Shown: positions 51,434 to 60,272 of the stretch, piece after piece
Layout: each line of letters begins with the position of its first letter
How positions within the stretch are numbered: the first letter of the stretch is position 1
Sequence record: OQ790161.1
Direction: 5' to 3' (one strand)
DNA: 64,000 nucleotides
Program-made: the position numbers and the translations under genes
The notes under the pieces: model-generated
What the model was told of the DNA's origin: nothing
Database searches by the model: none
The model's input: only the letters and a program-made list of their open reading frames with translations

Positions 51434-53704
51434 ATGTCCCTGAAGCTCAAGAGCCGTGGCGCTGCCCCGCTGACCCAGCTGGCACGCAACCTGGGTTCGG
51501 TCATCCGCACCTCGGCCGACGATTTCGCCTCTCCGTCCCACACCCAGCAGCTGGTTTCGATGGAATCCCTCGACCAGCACCAGGTCAATGACCTGAATTC
51601 GCGCTTCGACAACATCAAGAGCGTCATCCGTCGCGAGATCAACTCCATCAAGGGCCTGGGCCTGCAGATGGGTCTGGAATCCGCCGCCGATGCCAGCGCC
51701 GAAGATCGTGCCGAAGCTGCCGCACGCATGGAAACCGCGATCGAAGCCGGCGCGATGGCCGCGATGGCCGCCGGTGACCCGCTCGCCTACGCCCAGGCCG
51801 GCTACCACAACACCGCCGCTCCGGAAGCTGGCGTGAACGTGGTCGACACCATGGCCGGCGACGGCATGCAGGGCATGGACTACCGCGGCAACGTGGCCAT
51901 GGAAGCCTTCAACGAGAAGGAACTGCGCGACCACCTCCCGTTCTCGGTGCTGTTCAACATCTTCGCCTCGCGCCAGGATGACTTCTCCGAGATGTTCTTC
52001 CCGACCACCGTCGTTCCGCCGGACCAGGCTGGTCTGGACGTGACCGTGGCCCGCATGCAGGTCTTCAACGAGATCCGCCATTCGGCCTCGGGCGCCAAGA
52101 TCGACTTCGGCAAGCGCAACCTGATCGACGCCGCCGTCGACCACACCATCCTGGCCGACGAGCACACCCGCCTGATCCCGGTCGTGCAGCCGGACGGTTC
52201 CTCGACCGACAAGTTCATCGCCGCTGCCAAGCTGGCTCCGTTCAGCGTGAAGCTGGCGCAGCATGAAGTGCCGACCTCGGCGCTGAAGCTGGACCAGGAA
52301 GTCGACCTGATCGGTATCTCGCAGTACCAGCCGCTCCTGGGCGCCGGCGTGATCGATCACTCCGACGACGTCGATCGTCGCGTCTCGCTGGACGAACTGT
52401 ACCTGACCATCGGTGCCTCGAAGGCCGTTGCCTTCCCGGTGAACCGCCTGGCCCGTACCCAGTTCAACAAGACCGTCGAAGGCAACAACCAGCTGCTGGG
52501 CCTGCAGTTCACCTCGCAGGACCTGGTCATCGACAAGGACACCCGCGCTGCTGACGGTTCCGTCATCGCCGCCTTCGCTGGCCTGGCTTCGGCCGGTTAC
52601 ACCGTCCGCCTGTCGCTGAACGTCAGCGGTGAGCTGAACGTGGAACAGGGCAACGTGAAGGTGTGGGCTGCCAAGGTTTCGGTCGCCACCATCCAGGACG
52701 CGAACGGCAACGTCGTTCCGCAGACCGGCGGCACCGGTGCCAGCATCGTTGCTGACCTGGCCGGCCTGATCGTCGACGGTTACACCCTGCGTGCGAACCG
52801 CTCGAACGCCAACAAGCGTACCCGCGGTCACCTGCTGGACACCGTGTTCGAAACCCAGCGTTACACCATCCCGCTGGGTAGCCCGCTGTCCATCACCTCG
52901 CCGGTGAGCGGTGACGGTGGCCGTGATGCTGCTGACCAGAAGGCGCTGATCGCTGCTGCGCGCATGCGCAACACCAACAACGCCGTGACCGCGATCTTCG
53001 CGATCGCCGATCAGCTGCGCGAAGTCACCAAGGGTCCGAAGCTGCCGAGCGGTTCGCCGACCGGCGTGGGTGGCCTGGGTCGTTACCTGGTCGACGCCTT
53101 CTTCGAAGAGCACGATCTGGACCTGGTCCAGTCGATCAACTCGATCAAGTCGCAGGACCGTGCGCAGGACATCTCGAGCGTGCTGGTTTCGGCCATCCGC
53201 GACGTCGCCTACCGCATGTACCAGCAGACCAAGATCCAGCCCGCCATCGACGCCCTGACCGGTGTTGCCGGTGAAGCCCCGATCCTGCTGGTCGGTACCG
53301 ACCAGATCCTGATCCGTCACCTGCTGGTCAACGGCGATGCCCGTACCTTCGGCACCGTCTTCGACAAGGCCGTGGTCAAGGCTTCGACCGACCGTCGCAT
53401 GTACGGCAAGATCGTGATCTCGATGAGCCGCCAGGGCGCAGAAGGTCCGGATCCGCTGACCTTCGGTACCCACGGCTGGATGTCGGAACTGATCGCCACC
53501 ATGCCGATCAGCCGCAACGGCGCGACCACCAAGGAAGCGACCGTGCAGCCGCGTACCCTGCACATCAACAACCTGCCGGTGCTGGCCATCATCAGCGTCA
53601 AGGGCCTGACCAAGGTCCTGGTCGACCGTACGGCGACCCCGCCGCTGGCGGCTGCTGGTGTGAACAACGTGTACCTGAACGGCCTGAAGTACCCGTCCAT
53701 CTAA
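51434..53704 (+). CDS. Major capsid protein precursor (phiKZ gp120 homolog)
   Basis: 756 aa, extreme codon bias; propeptide with SME/GLE/AME cleavage motifs then AFNEKEL; FNIFASRQDDFSEMFFPTTVV, TQRYTIPLGSP, QPRTLHINNLPVL. Confidence 0.9.
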   Translation: MSLKLKSRGAAPLTQLARNLGSVIRTSADDFASPSHTQQLVSMESLDQHQVNDLNSRFDNIKSVIRREINSIKGLGLQMGLESAADASAEDRAEAAARMETAIEAGAMAAMAAGDPLAYAQAGYHNTAAPEAGVNVVDTMAGDGMQGMDYRGNVAMEAFNEKELRDHLPFSVLFNIFASRQDDFSEMFFPTTVVPPDQAGLDVTVARMQVFNEIRHSASGAKIDFGKRNLIDAAVDHTILADEHTRLIPVVQPDGSSTDKFIAAAKLAPFSVKLAQHEVPTSALKLDQEVDLIGISQYQPLLGAGVIDHSDDVDRRVSLDELYLTIGASKAVAFPVNRLARTQFNKTVEGNNQLLGLQFTSQDLVIDKDTRAADGSVIAAFAGLASAGYTVRLSLNVSGELNVEQGNVKVWAAKVSVATIQDANGNVVPQTGGTGASIVADLAGLIVDGYTLRANRSNANKRTRGHLLDTVFETQRYTIPLGSPLSITSPVSGDGGRDAADQKALIAAARMRNTNNAVTAIFAIADQLREVTKGPKLPSGSPTGVGGLGRYLVDAFFEEHDLDLVQSINSIKSQDRAQDISSVLVSAIRDVAYRMYQQTKIQPAIDALTGVAGEAPILLVGTDQILIRHLLVNGDARTFGTVFDKAVVKASTDRRMYGKIVISMSRQGAEGPDPLTFGTHGWMSELIATMPISRNGATTKEATVQPRTLHINNLPVLAIISVKGLTKVLVDRTATPPLAAAGVNNVYLNGLKYPSI

Positions 53705-53768
53705 TGGCCGGCCTGCTTCTGAGCAAGCGCGTTTCCGCAAGGTAGTAGCCTACTGAACGGACATAGAT

Positions 53769-53790
53769 CCCCCTCCCGAAAGGGAGGGGG
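53769..53790 (+). terminator. GAAA hairpin after MCP, flanked by CATAG/TTTATGC
   Basis: CCCCCTCCC-GAAA-GGGAGGGGG. Confidence 0.78.
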
Positions 53791-53980
53791 GTTTATGCTG
53801 TCTAGTGAAAAAACCTTGGAACCTATACTATCTCTTAGTGTAGCCAGCCTTGGTTATGCATTGTCCTTGCAAGAAGCCTGACTAGATGAGTCAAACAACT
53901 CCACGCCAAGCACGTAACTACCGTACGCAGGTGGTGGCCATTGCCGGAGGCCAAGATGAATATGCCCCGGCACAGCCGAG

Positions 53981-55111
53981 TTGGGGTATCAATTCATCAA
54001 CCAGCTGCACCGCCCAGTGACGGTCATCACTCGACTAGGAACACGCCTGATCATTCCCTACAAGCCCGTCGGACACCGACCGCCTGTACAGAGATCAGGA
54101 AAGAAAGTTGCCGATCCCCTAGGGACCGAGCCCCGCTTTATCATCCGTGTCAAGGTAGCCGCTCACCATGACGTAATCCTTGACACAACCGAGCTATCCA
54201 ATGACTTTGGCCATACGACATCTCGTGAGGCACAGGCTTTTCTGGACGCTATTCAGTTCAAAGAAGATCTGCTAGCCCACCGTGTTCGCACGGAGTCGAT
54301 CGCCTGGATAGAATACCACATCCCCGCAGGGGACTTCGATCTTGAAGGTGGTGTTCTGTTTCTGCAGAACCTAGATCTGCAAGTCAGTGTATTGGAACAA
54401 GCTTCAACCGCTCCTCACCCATACTCGATTCTGGGACAACGCAATCGAGACGCCTACCGGTTTAAGGAAGATATGGCCCCGAGAGGGGTGTTCTATGGCG
54501 TTTACATCCGAGACCGTGATCATCAGTACGGTAATCGGTTCATCAACATCAACGGCTCTGTGTATTCGGTGCCGGTAATCGAAGATGAAGATGAAGAGAT
54601 CGATGGTGTCTACCGCATCACCTGCGGACGGACTTCATCGAACTTTGCTCCCAAGCGTGTACTGACGGAGTATTACACGTTCGAGGAGGCCGATGAAAAA
54701 CTCGGGCTCTATCAGACCTACAACGAAGCCAACACTTTGGGTAAACCCGAGGAGCGCTTCAAGCGGGACTATGAAGAGCGTATTCAGACGTTGCGCATCG
54801 AAGAGCTGCGTCTGAAAGAGGAGCGCACCGCCAGTGAACGGGAATTCGAGCAGATCCGTGACAACTACCGTCGTGCCCAGATGCAATACGATCACGAGCT
54901 TAAGCGACTGGACCAGATCAACCGGCTGTATGCGGCTGAGCTGGAACGGCGCGAGCAACGACACAAGCATGAAATGCTGATGTTGAAGGAGATCGCAGAA
55001 ATCAACGGGCATGGACGGCGCGAGGCCACGGAGATCCTCAAGCTGATTCCCACTGTACTGACCACCGTGGCCACTTACGTGGCTGCGTACAAGAAACTCA
55101 AATCACTGTAG
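53981..55111 (+). CDS. Conserved chimallivirus protein with C-terminal coiled coil; 5' end uncertain (possible frameshift at 53983-53986)
   Basis: 376-aa frame with only a TTG start and no nearby RBS; syntenic between MCP and RNAP beta. Confidence 0.72.
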   Translation: MGYQFINQLHRPVTVITRLGTRLIIPYKPVGHRPPVQRSGKKVADPLGTEPRFIIRVKVAAHHDVILDTTELSNDFGHTTSREAQAFLDAIQFKEDLLAHRVRTESIAWIEYHIPAGDFDLEGGVLFLQNLDLQVSVLEQASTAPHPYSILGQRNRDAYRFKEDMAPRGVFYGVYIRDRDHQYGNRFININGSVYSVPVIEDEDEEIDGVYRITCGRTSSNFAPKRVLTEYYTFEEADEKLGLYQTYNEANTLGKPEERFKRDYEERIQTLRIEELRLKEERTASEREFEQIRDNYRRAQMQYDHELKRLDQINRLYAAELERREQRHKHEMLMLKEIAEINGHGRREATEILKLIPTVLTTVATYVAAYKKLKSL

Positions 55112-55128
55112 CAACAATCGAGGGCTTA

Positions 55129-56754
55129 ATGGACAGTCATCTGTTCCGACTGATCGACGAAAAGCACATCCCTCACTTCAATCCTCGGATCGTCAATGGA
55201 CTGGCGACTGAGGAGATGAAGCGAACGGAAGCCTATATCACCCAGGTTCTTCGTACGGCCACCGCTGAATTGGCACCGGAGCTGGTGTTCAAGGAAATGG
55301 TGCGTTGCACTCCGCGAGAGGAGTACAACGAGATCGTGCGCCGGGTTGGTATGCGCAACACCATCGAACATGCGCGCAGCGACATGTACATGGTGAAGAT
55401 CATCTTCGAACTCAACGGTGAAGCACTGCCGCCGCGTTACCTGTATCTGCCCACTTGCCGCCGCGGTGGACTGATGACCATTCGCGGTAGTATGTTCGCT
55501 GTCTCCCCGGTGATGGCCGACAAGGCAATCTCGGTGGGCCATAACTTCATCTTCATCCCGATGGCATGGGACCGGATGAACTTCTACCGTACCCCGCAGT
55601 ACTTCTACGCCAACGAGAAGCAAGAAGCGGTGGATGTGGCCTGGTCCAAGATCCATCACTACAAGCTCAAGGCACGACGCACCAACTCCAAGATGGACGT
55701 GCGTGCCAACACGGTGCTGCCGCATTACCTGTTCGCCAAGTACGGTCTGACGCGGGTGTTCGATGAAATGGCCAACACGCAGATCGTGGTGGGCAGTAGT
55801 CGTGAAATCACCACCGAAGCGTATCCGCCGGGCGACTGGATCATCTGCCGTTCCACCATGTTCAAGCCGCGCACGGTGAAGGACAAGAACTACGTGGGTC
55901 CGGACATCCGTCTGGCCATTCCGGCTGCTGACTGGAATGCCTCGGTGGCCTCGCTGGTGGCAGGCTTCTTCTACGTGGCCGACTTCTTCCCGGATCGTGT
56001 TACCCCGGATGAAGTGGATGAACCGCGCCTGTGGCGCATTCTGCTGGGTTACATGGTCTTCGGGCCGGGACACAGCGAAGGCAAGCTGGCCGAGGACATC
56101 AACGTCCACATGGGTTCGCTGGACAACTACATCGAAACCCAGACGCGCAAGCGCTTGGAAGATGTGGGCGTGTATGTGGAAGACATCTATCAGCTGTTCA
56201 TGCATCTGATCGAGAAGTTCGACTTCTACATCACCCAGTCCACCACCAACCTGTCCAGCAGCTATGGCAAGCGGCTGATGGTGCTGCCGTATGCACTGTC
56301 GGATCTGACGTGGGCAATTCACCGCTTCATGTTCACCGCCACCAGCCAGCGCAAGCGCAAGCCGCTGACCAAAGACGACGTGCTGAAGATCCTCAACAAG
56401 ACGTTGAAGACCAACACCGCGTTCAAGATGAACAAGCAACACGGCGAAGTCAATCCGGTAGCTGTGCCGGGCGACAACCTGTACTTCAAGGTGACCTCGC
56501 ATGTGGTGCTGCAGGAATCGTCCTCGGGTGGTCGGGCCAAGACCCGCTCTTCCACGGATGATCCGTCCAAGGTCCTGCACATCTCTGTTGCCGTGGCCGG
56601 CAGTTTCAACACGATGGGCAAAGCAGAGCCGACCGGCCGCGCGAAGCTCAACCCGTGCACGCCGCTGTCCACCTACGACAACGAGATCCAAGAGAATCCC
56701 GCACTGATCAACATCACCCGCGCAACGCAGGCGATGATTCAGCGCGACTCGTAA
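55129..56754 (+). CDS. Non-virion RNA polymerase beta subunit, N-terminal part (phiKZ gp123 homolog)
   Basis: Y.YLP....GG.M.IRGS.F.VSPV.AD...S, HYLFAKYGL, SLD.YI, YGKRL.VL.Y.L.D patterns; synteny with MCP and helicase. Confidence 0.78.
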   Translation: MDSHLFRLIDEKHIPHFNPRIVNGLATEEMKRTEAYITQVLRTATAELAPELVFKEMVRCTPREEYNEIVRRVGMRNTIEHARSDMYMVKIIFELNGEALPPRYLYLPTCRRGGLMTIRGSMFAVSPVMADKAISVGHNFIFIPMAWDRMNFYRTPQYFYANEKQEAVDVAWSKIHHYKLKARRTNSKMDVRANTVLPHYLFAKYGLTRVFDEMANTQIVVGSSREITTEAYPPGDWIICRSTMFKPRTVKDKNYVGPDIRLAIPAADWNASVASLVAGFFYVADFFPDRVTPDEVDEPRLWRILLGYMVFGPGHSEGKLAEDINVHMGSLDNYIETQTRKRLEDVGVYVEDIYQLFMHLIEKFDFYITQSTTNLSSSYGKRLMVLPYALSDLTWAIHRFMFTATSQRKRKPLTKDDVLKILNKTLKTNTAFKMNKQHGEVNPVAVPGDNLYFKVTSHVVLQESSSGGRAKTRSSTDDPSKVLHISVAVAGSFNTMGKAEPTGRAKLNPCTPLSTYDNEIQENPALINITRATQAMIQRDS

Positions 56755-56799
56755 CCATAAGGTGCCTTAGAGCACTCCGCCTTTCCTCAGGAGACACCA

Positions 56800-58863
56800 A
56801 TGAGTTTCGTAAATCGTGGAGGGAGTAACGTCCGCAATCCTCCCTTCGTCGTACCCGTGCAGGTCAGTCCCAAACTGAACCCGTACATCCCGCTGTTCAC
56901 CGGCTATGTGATCGATTGCATTATGAGCACGTCCGGCAAGAATCAGGCGCGTGCGATGTTCCAGCAGGTCATGGAGCAGGATCAGCAGGCACTGGGTTCG
57001 GCGGCGCAGGATCTGGCCTCGCTGACCGAATGGGTCGTCGAAGAAGAGCAGTTGCAGCCCAACCAGGTCGAGACCGCCATCCGCAATCTGGTGGAGCCGG
57101 TGGTCAATGCGTACCTGGCCATGGCAGTGCAGGCCTACCCGAATGACTTCGGTCCGGTCCTGAGTCAGGAAATGGCCAACGAAGTCGCCCGCTATCAGGG
57201 TGAACTGAACCAGCTCAAGACCCAAGCCCAGCAGTTCTTCAACGGCGGCGCCAGTCGCGGTTGGGGTAACGGCAACAACAACGGCAATGCCGGCTGGGGC
57301 GGTGGTAATAACCGCGCAGCGGCCATGCGTGGTGGCGGGAACAACAATGGCTGGAACACCAACCAGAACACCGGTGGTAACCTGACCAACTCCCGCTGGG
57401 ACGAAGGTGATCAGTCGGCCAACTACCAGACCGAAGCCAACTCGAACTGGCCGGGCAACAATGCCGGTCGTCGTGGTTACGGTGGCGGTGGTGGCGATGC
57501 TGTGTTCGCCGATGACCGTCCGCGCAATGCCGGTGCTGCCCGTGATAACCGCAGCAGCTCCACCGCACGTCCGCGTCGTGAGTTCCACGACACCCGTCAG
57601 CCTGCACGCCGAGAGGTAGCTCCTGTGTCGCCCAACGTCACGTACTTGGATGGTCAGAACTTCTTCCCGGCCCGTCAGGACCGCGAGTGGCCCAAGATCA
57701 TCAACGACAAGCGCCTGTTTGACTGGGTGCTGATGGAAGACGGTACGCAGCTGCGTCCGGCTTACCAGTCCGGCTGGAAGACGTCGTTCAACCCGGACAA
57801 GCCGGCCACGGAGATGTACAACCCGGAAACCCACATCCTGTTCCACATGAAGCGCCCCGATGGCACTGTGGTGGAAACGGCACTCGAACGCGAGGAATCG
57901 ATGGACTACCTGGATCACGAACTCGATCCGAAGCTGCGTCAAGTCGGCAAGGAAGCAGTGCAGGCCCGCGAAGGCAAGATGGCGCCGGCATGGCAGTTGG
58001 TCGAACAGCTGCGTCCGCAGCCGTCCAGCCCGCTGGCAACTTCCGAACCGCTCAGCGATGACGTCGAAGGTCACAAGCTGGTCCTGTCCGGCCCGGCTGA
58101 ATTCCTGAAGACCAGTTCGCTGGCCGACGGGATCAAGCGTGCCAGCCTGAAGTTGAAGGTAGAGCATCCGGGCATCCTGAGCAAGGGCTTCGAGCTGTAC
58201 GTGGATCGTGGTGTTCTCACCACGGTGGTCAATCCGGACTTCGAACTGCTGCTGCAGCTGTGCAACGCTGACAGCTACAAGTCGCTGTTCCACCTGATGA
58301 CCGAAGCAGAAGCCGACGAAGAGCTGATCGACGAGGTGGACAAGCGCATTGCCGCCGGTGTCACCGAAGCGCTGACCCAGAACATGGGCCTGAAAGGTTG
58401 GGCGATCACGTCCTTCCGTGATGACTTCGGCGATTTGCTGGCCGCTCTGAAGCAGGACTACGGCGATGCCGTGCTCCCGCATCTGGAGAACAAGGCACTG
58501 GAAGTGATCTCCCGCTGGTTGTCCCACTACAGCGAGAAGGAACTGAGCGAAATCCGCAAGACCGTCGGTCTGGCTGACGACGTGGTGGCCCTGGTCTGGC
58601 GTGAACGCTCTTCGGTGACCCGGCTGCCGGTGACTGCCGATGAGCTGAAGATTCCGGTCGATACCGGCGTGATGGTCGGCGCAACCGAACATCCGCAGAT
58701 GTACAAGACCCTCAGCGCCATCTTCACTCGCACCGAGGATGTGCCCTTCACCTATCATGGTCGTTATCTGGCGACCACCGATGGCACGGTCTACGCCGTG
58801 GTGAATGGCTACCTCAACGAAGAAGCGATCGTGGTCTACAAGGCCAACTTCGATCTGAAGTAA
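56800..58863 (+). CDS. Conserved chimallivirus protein with G/N/W-rich low-complexity region
   Basis: 687 aa; residues about 148-233 are GWGNGNNNGNAGWGGGNN...; follows RNAP gene. Confidence 0.78.
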   Translation: MSFVNRGGSNVRNPPFVVPVQVSPKLNPYIPLFTGYVIDCIMSTSGKNQARAMFQQVMEQDQQALGSAAQDLASLTEWVVEEEQLQPNQVETAIRNLVEPVVNAYLAMAVQAYPNDFGPVLSQEMANEVARYQGELNQLKTQAQQFFNGGASRGWGNGNNNGNAGWGGGNNRAAAMRGGGNNNGWNTNQNTGGNLTNSRWDEGDQSANYQTEANSNWPGNNAGRRGYGGGGGDAVFADDRPRNAGAARDNRSSSTARPRREFHDTRQPARREVAPVSPNVTYLDGQNFFPARQDREWPKIINDKRLFDWVLMEDGTQLRPAYQSGWKTSFNPDKPATEMYNPETHILFHMKRPDGTVVETALEREESMDYLDHELDPKLRQVGKEAVQAREGKMAPAWQLVEQLRPQPSSPLATSEPLSDDVEGHKLVLSGPAEFLKTSSLADGIKRASLKLKVEHPGILSKGFELYVDRGVLTTVVNPDFELLLQLCNADSYKSLFHLMTEAEADEELIDEVDKRIAAGVTEALTQNMGLKGWAITSFRDDFGDLLAALKQDYGDAVLPHLENKALEVISRWLSHYSEKELSEIRKTVGLADDVVALVWRERSSVTRLPVTADELKIPVDTGVMVGATEHPQMYKTLSAIFTRTEDVPFTYHGRYLATTDGTVYAVVNGYLNEEAIVVYKANFDLK

Positions 58864-58877
58864 ACCGGCAGCATAAG

Positions 58878-58901
58878 CCCCCGCCCGATCAAGGGCGGGG
58901 G
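58878..58901 (+). terminator. Hairpin flanked by GCATAAG/TGATATGC
   Basis: CCCCCGCCC-GATCAA-GGGCGGGGG. Confidence 0.72.
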
Positions 58902-58927
58902 TGATATGCCACAACTAGGACAAGATA

Positions 58928-60097
58928 ATGCAGCAGACCGATAAGTTCCGTTGGATAGGCAACGTTTTCAGCGGCACGTGGTTGAACGAACAGAACCAAC
59001 CCATTGTCGTGCTGACCCGCCCTTTCCGTACGGATAACCTCCGTTCACTCGCTGATACGGTGAACTTCCGTGCACTCGCCGACGGCAAGCCGGTGATCGT
59101 GATCATCGATCAGCATGTGCCGCGTTTCTTCAACGCACTCACGCTGGAACAAGAATACAATGTCCAGTGGCTGACGTTGGATCTCGACAGCTATGCCCGT
59201 CTGGCAGCTGAAGGAATTCCCTGCCCGACGCTGACCACTCCCCAGGAAGCCTACGAGGCGAACTTGGTGTCGCGGATTGAAGATGGTCACTTCGGTTATC
59301 ATCCGCAGACGCGTCCGCAACCGCATGGCTGGGGACATCCCCCCGGTGTGGGAATGTGGGATCGCAATCGCCCTCGCGACCCTATTGATCCCGAAGCACA
59401 TCTGCCGCCGTGGGCACGTACCAAGTCGGCGTCGAGGTCGTTCGGTCGTGACTACGGCCGGGAACAACTCAACGTGGTTCCCACCTGCCAATGCGGTAAC
59501 AAGCGAGGGCCGGCGTTTATCGGGATGACCTGCGCCAATTGCCAGACCAAGGTGTTGGCCGTCGAAGACGTTGTCATTACCTTGCCAGGCATCAAATGTG
59601 CAGCTCTGCCTGTTTGGGCTGGTCGTGAAGGCGGTACGTCGAAGTTGAAGTTGGTTGGTGTCTCGCCCGGTAAGAGCGCAGATGCCCTCGCAGCTTACGC
59701 CATGGCCGTGGCCACCCACGTGGGTTGGGATAACGCGCCGGCTCCGGTTCCTGTCAGTTTCGAACAACTGCGCGGTTGGTACACCGATGAACGTTGGGAG
59801 AAAGTCACCAAAGAGTTGACGCCCTTTGTCGTAGTTCGCCTGCGGGAAGTGTTCCCGCAATTGGTCAACAGTCAAGCCTTGGAGTTGACCGACGCAATGT
59901 TCCAAGATATGGCCAGTGTCGATTCGCGTAGTGAAGGACTGCTCGAGCAGATGGCCGAGGTGGGTTTGGATACCGCTACTGCCATCGACTTCGGTAAAGT
60001 CAGTGAGACGCAACTGGCCATGGGCCGGGTGCTGATTGCCGGCCATATCCAGACACCGTGGGAACGCGGTGAGACCATCCAGTGGGATCTGCCGTAA
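58928..60097 (+). CDS. Hypothetical protein with C4 Zn-ribbon resembling the jumbo-phage RNAP beta-prime zinc site
   Basis: LNVVPTCQCGNKRGPAFIGMTCANCQTKV. Confidence 0.7.
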   Translation: MQQTDKFRWIGNVFSGTWLNEQNQPIVVLTRPFRTDNLRSLADTVNFRALADGKPVIVIIDQHVPRFFNALTLEQEYNVQWLTLDLDSYARLAAEGIPCPTLTTPQEAYEANLVSRIEDGHFGYHPQTRPQPHGWGHPPGVGMWDRNRPRDPIDPEAHLPPWARTKSASRSFGRDYGREQLNVVPTCQCGNKRGPAFIGMTCANCQTKVLAVEDVVITLPGIKCAALPVWAGREGGTSKLKLVGVSPGKSADALAAYAMAVATHVGWDNAPAPVPVSFEQLRGWYTDERWEKVTKELTPFVVVRLREVFPQLVNSQALELTDAMFQDMASVDSRSEGLLEQMAEVGLDTATAIDFGKVSETQLAMGRVLIAGHIQTPWERGETIQWDLP

Positions 60098-60186
60098 GTC
60101 CGCTGTTCGTTAGGCATTGGAAACAGTGCCTAACCTACAGCGTCTAACGCTACGATACCAACCTGAGGTGAGGTAGGCGGCATAGA

Positions 60187-60245
60187 CGCGCACCCGAAGG
60201 TGCGCGCTAGCCTTTGAGCAAGGGGCCTCCGGTTTGGAGGCCCCT
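60187..60245. terminator. Pair of hairpins at convergence of RNAP block and portal
   Basis: GCATAGA-CGCGCACC-CGAA-GGTGCGCG (60187-60206) and AGGGGCCTCC-GGTTT-GGAGGCCCCT-CTTTTATGC (60221-60245). Confidence 0.7.
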
Positions 60246-60272
60246 CTTTTATGCCGGTTTTTTTTTTGCCCT

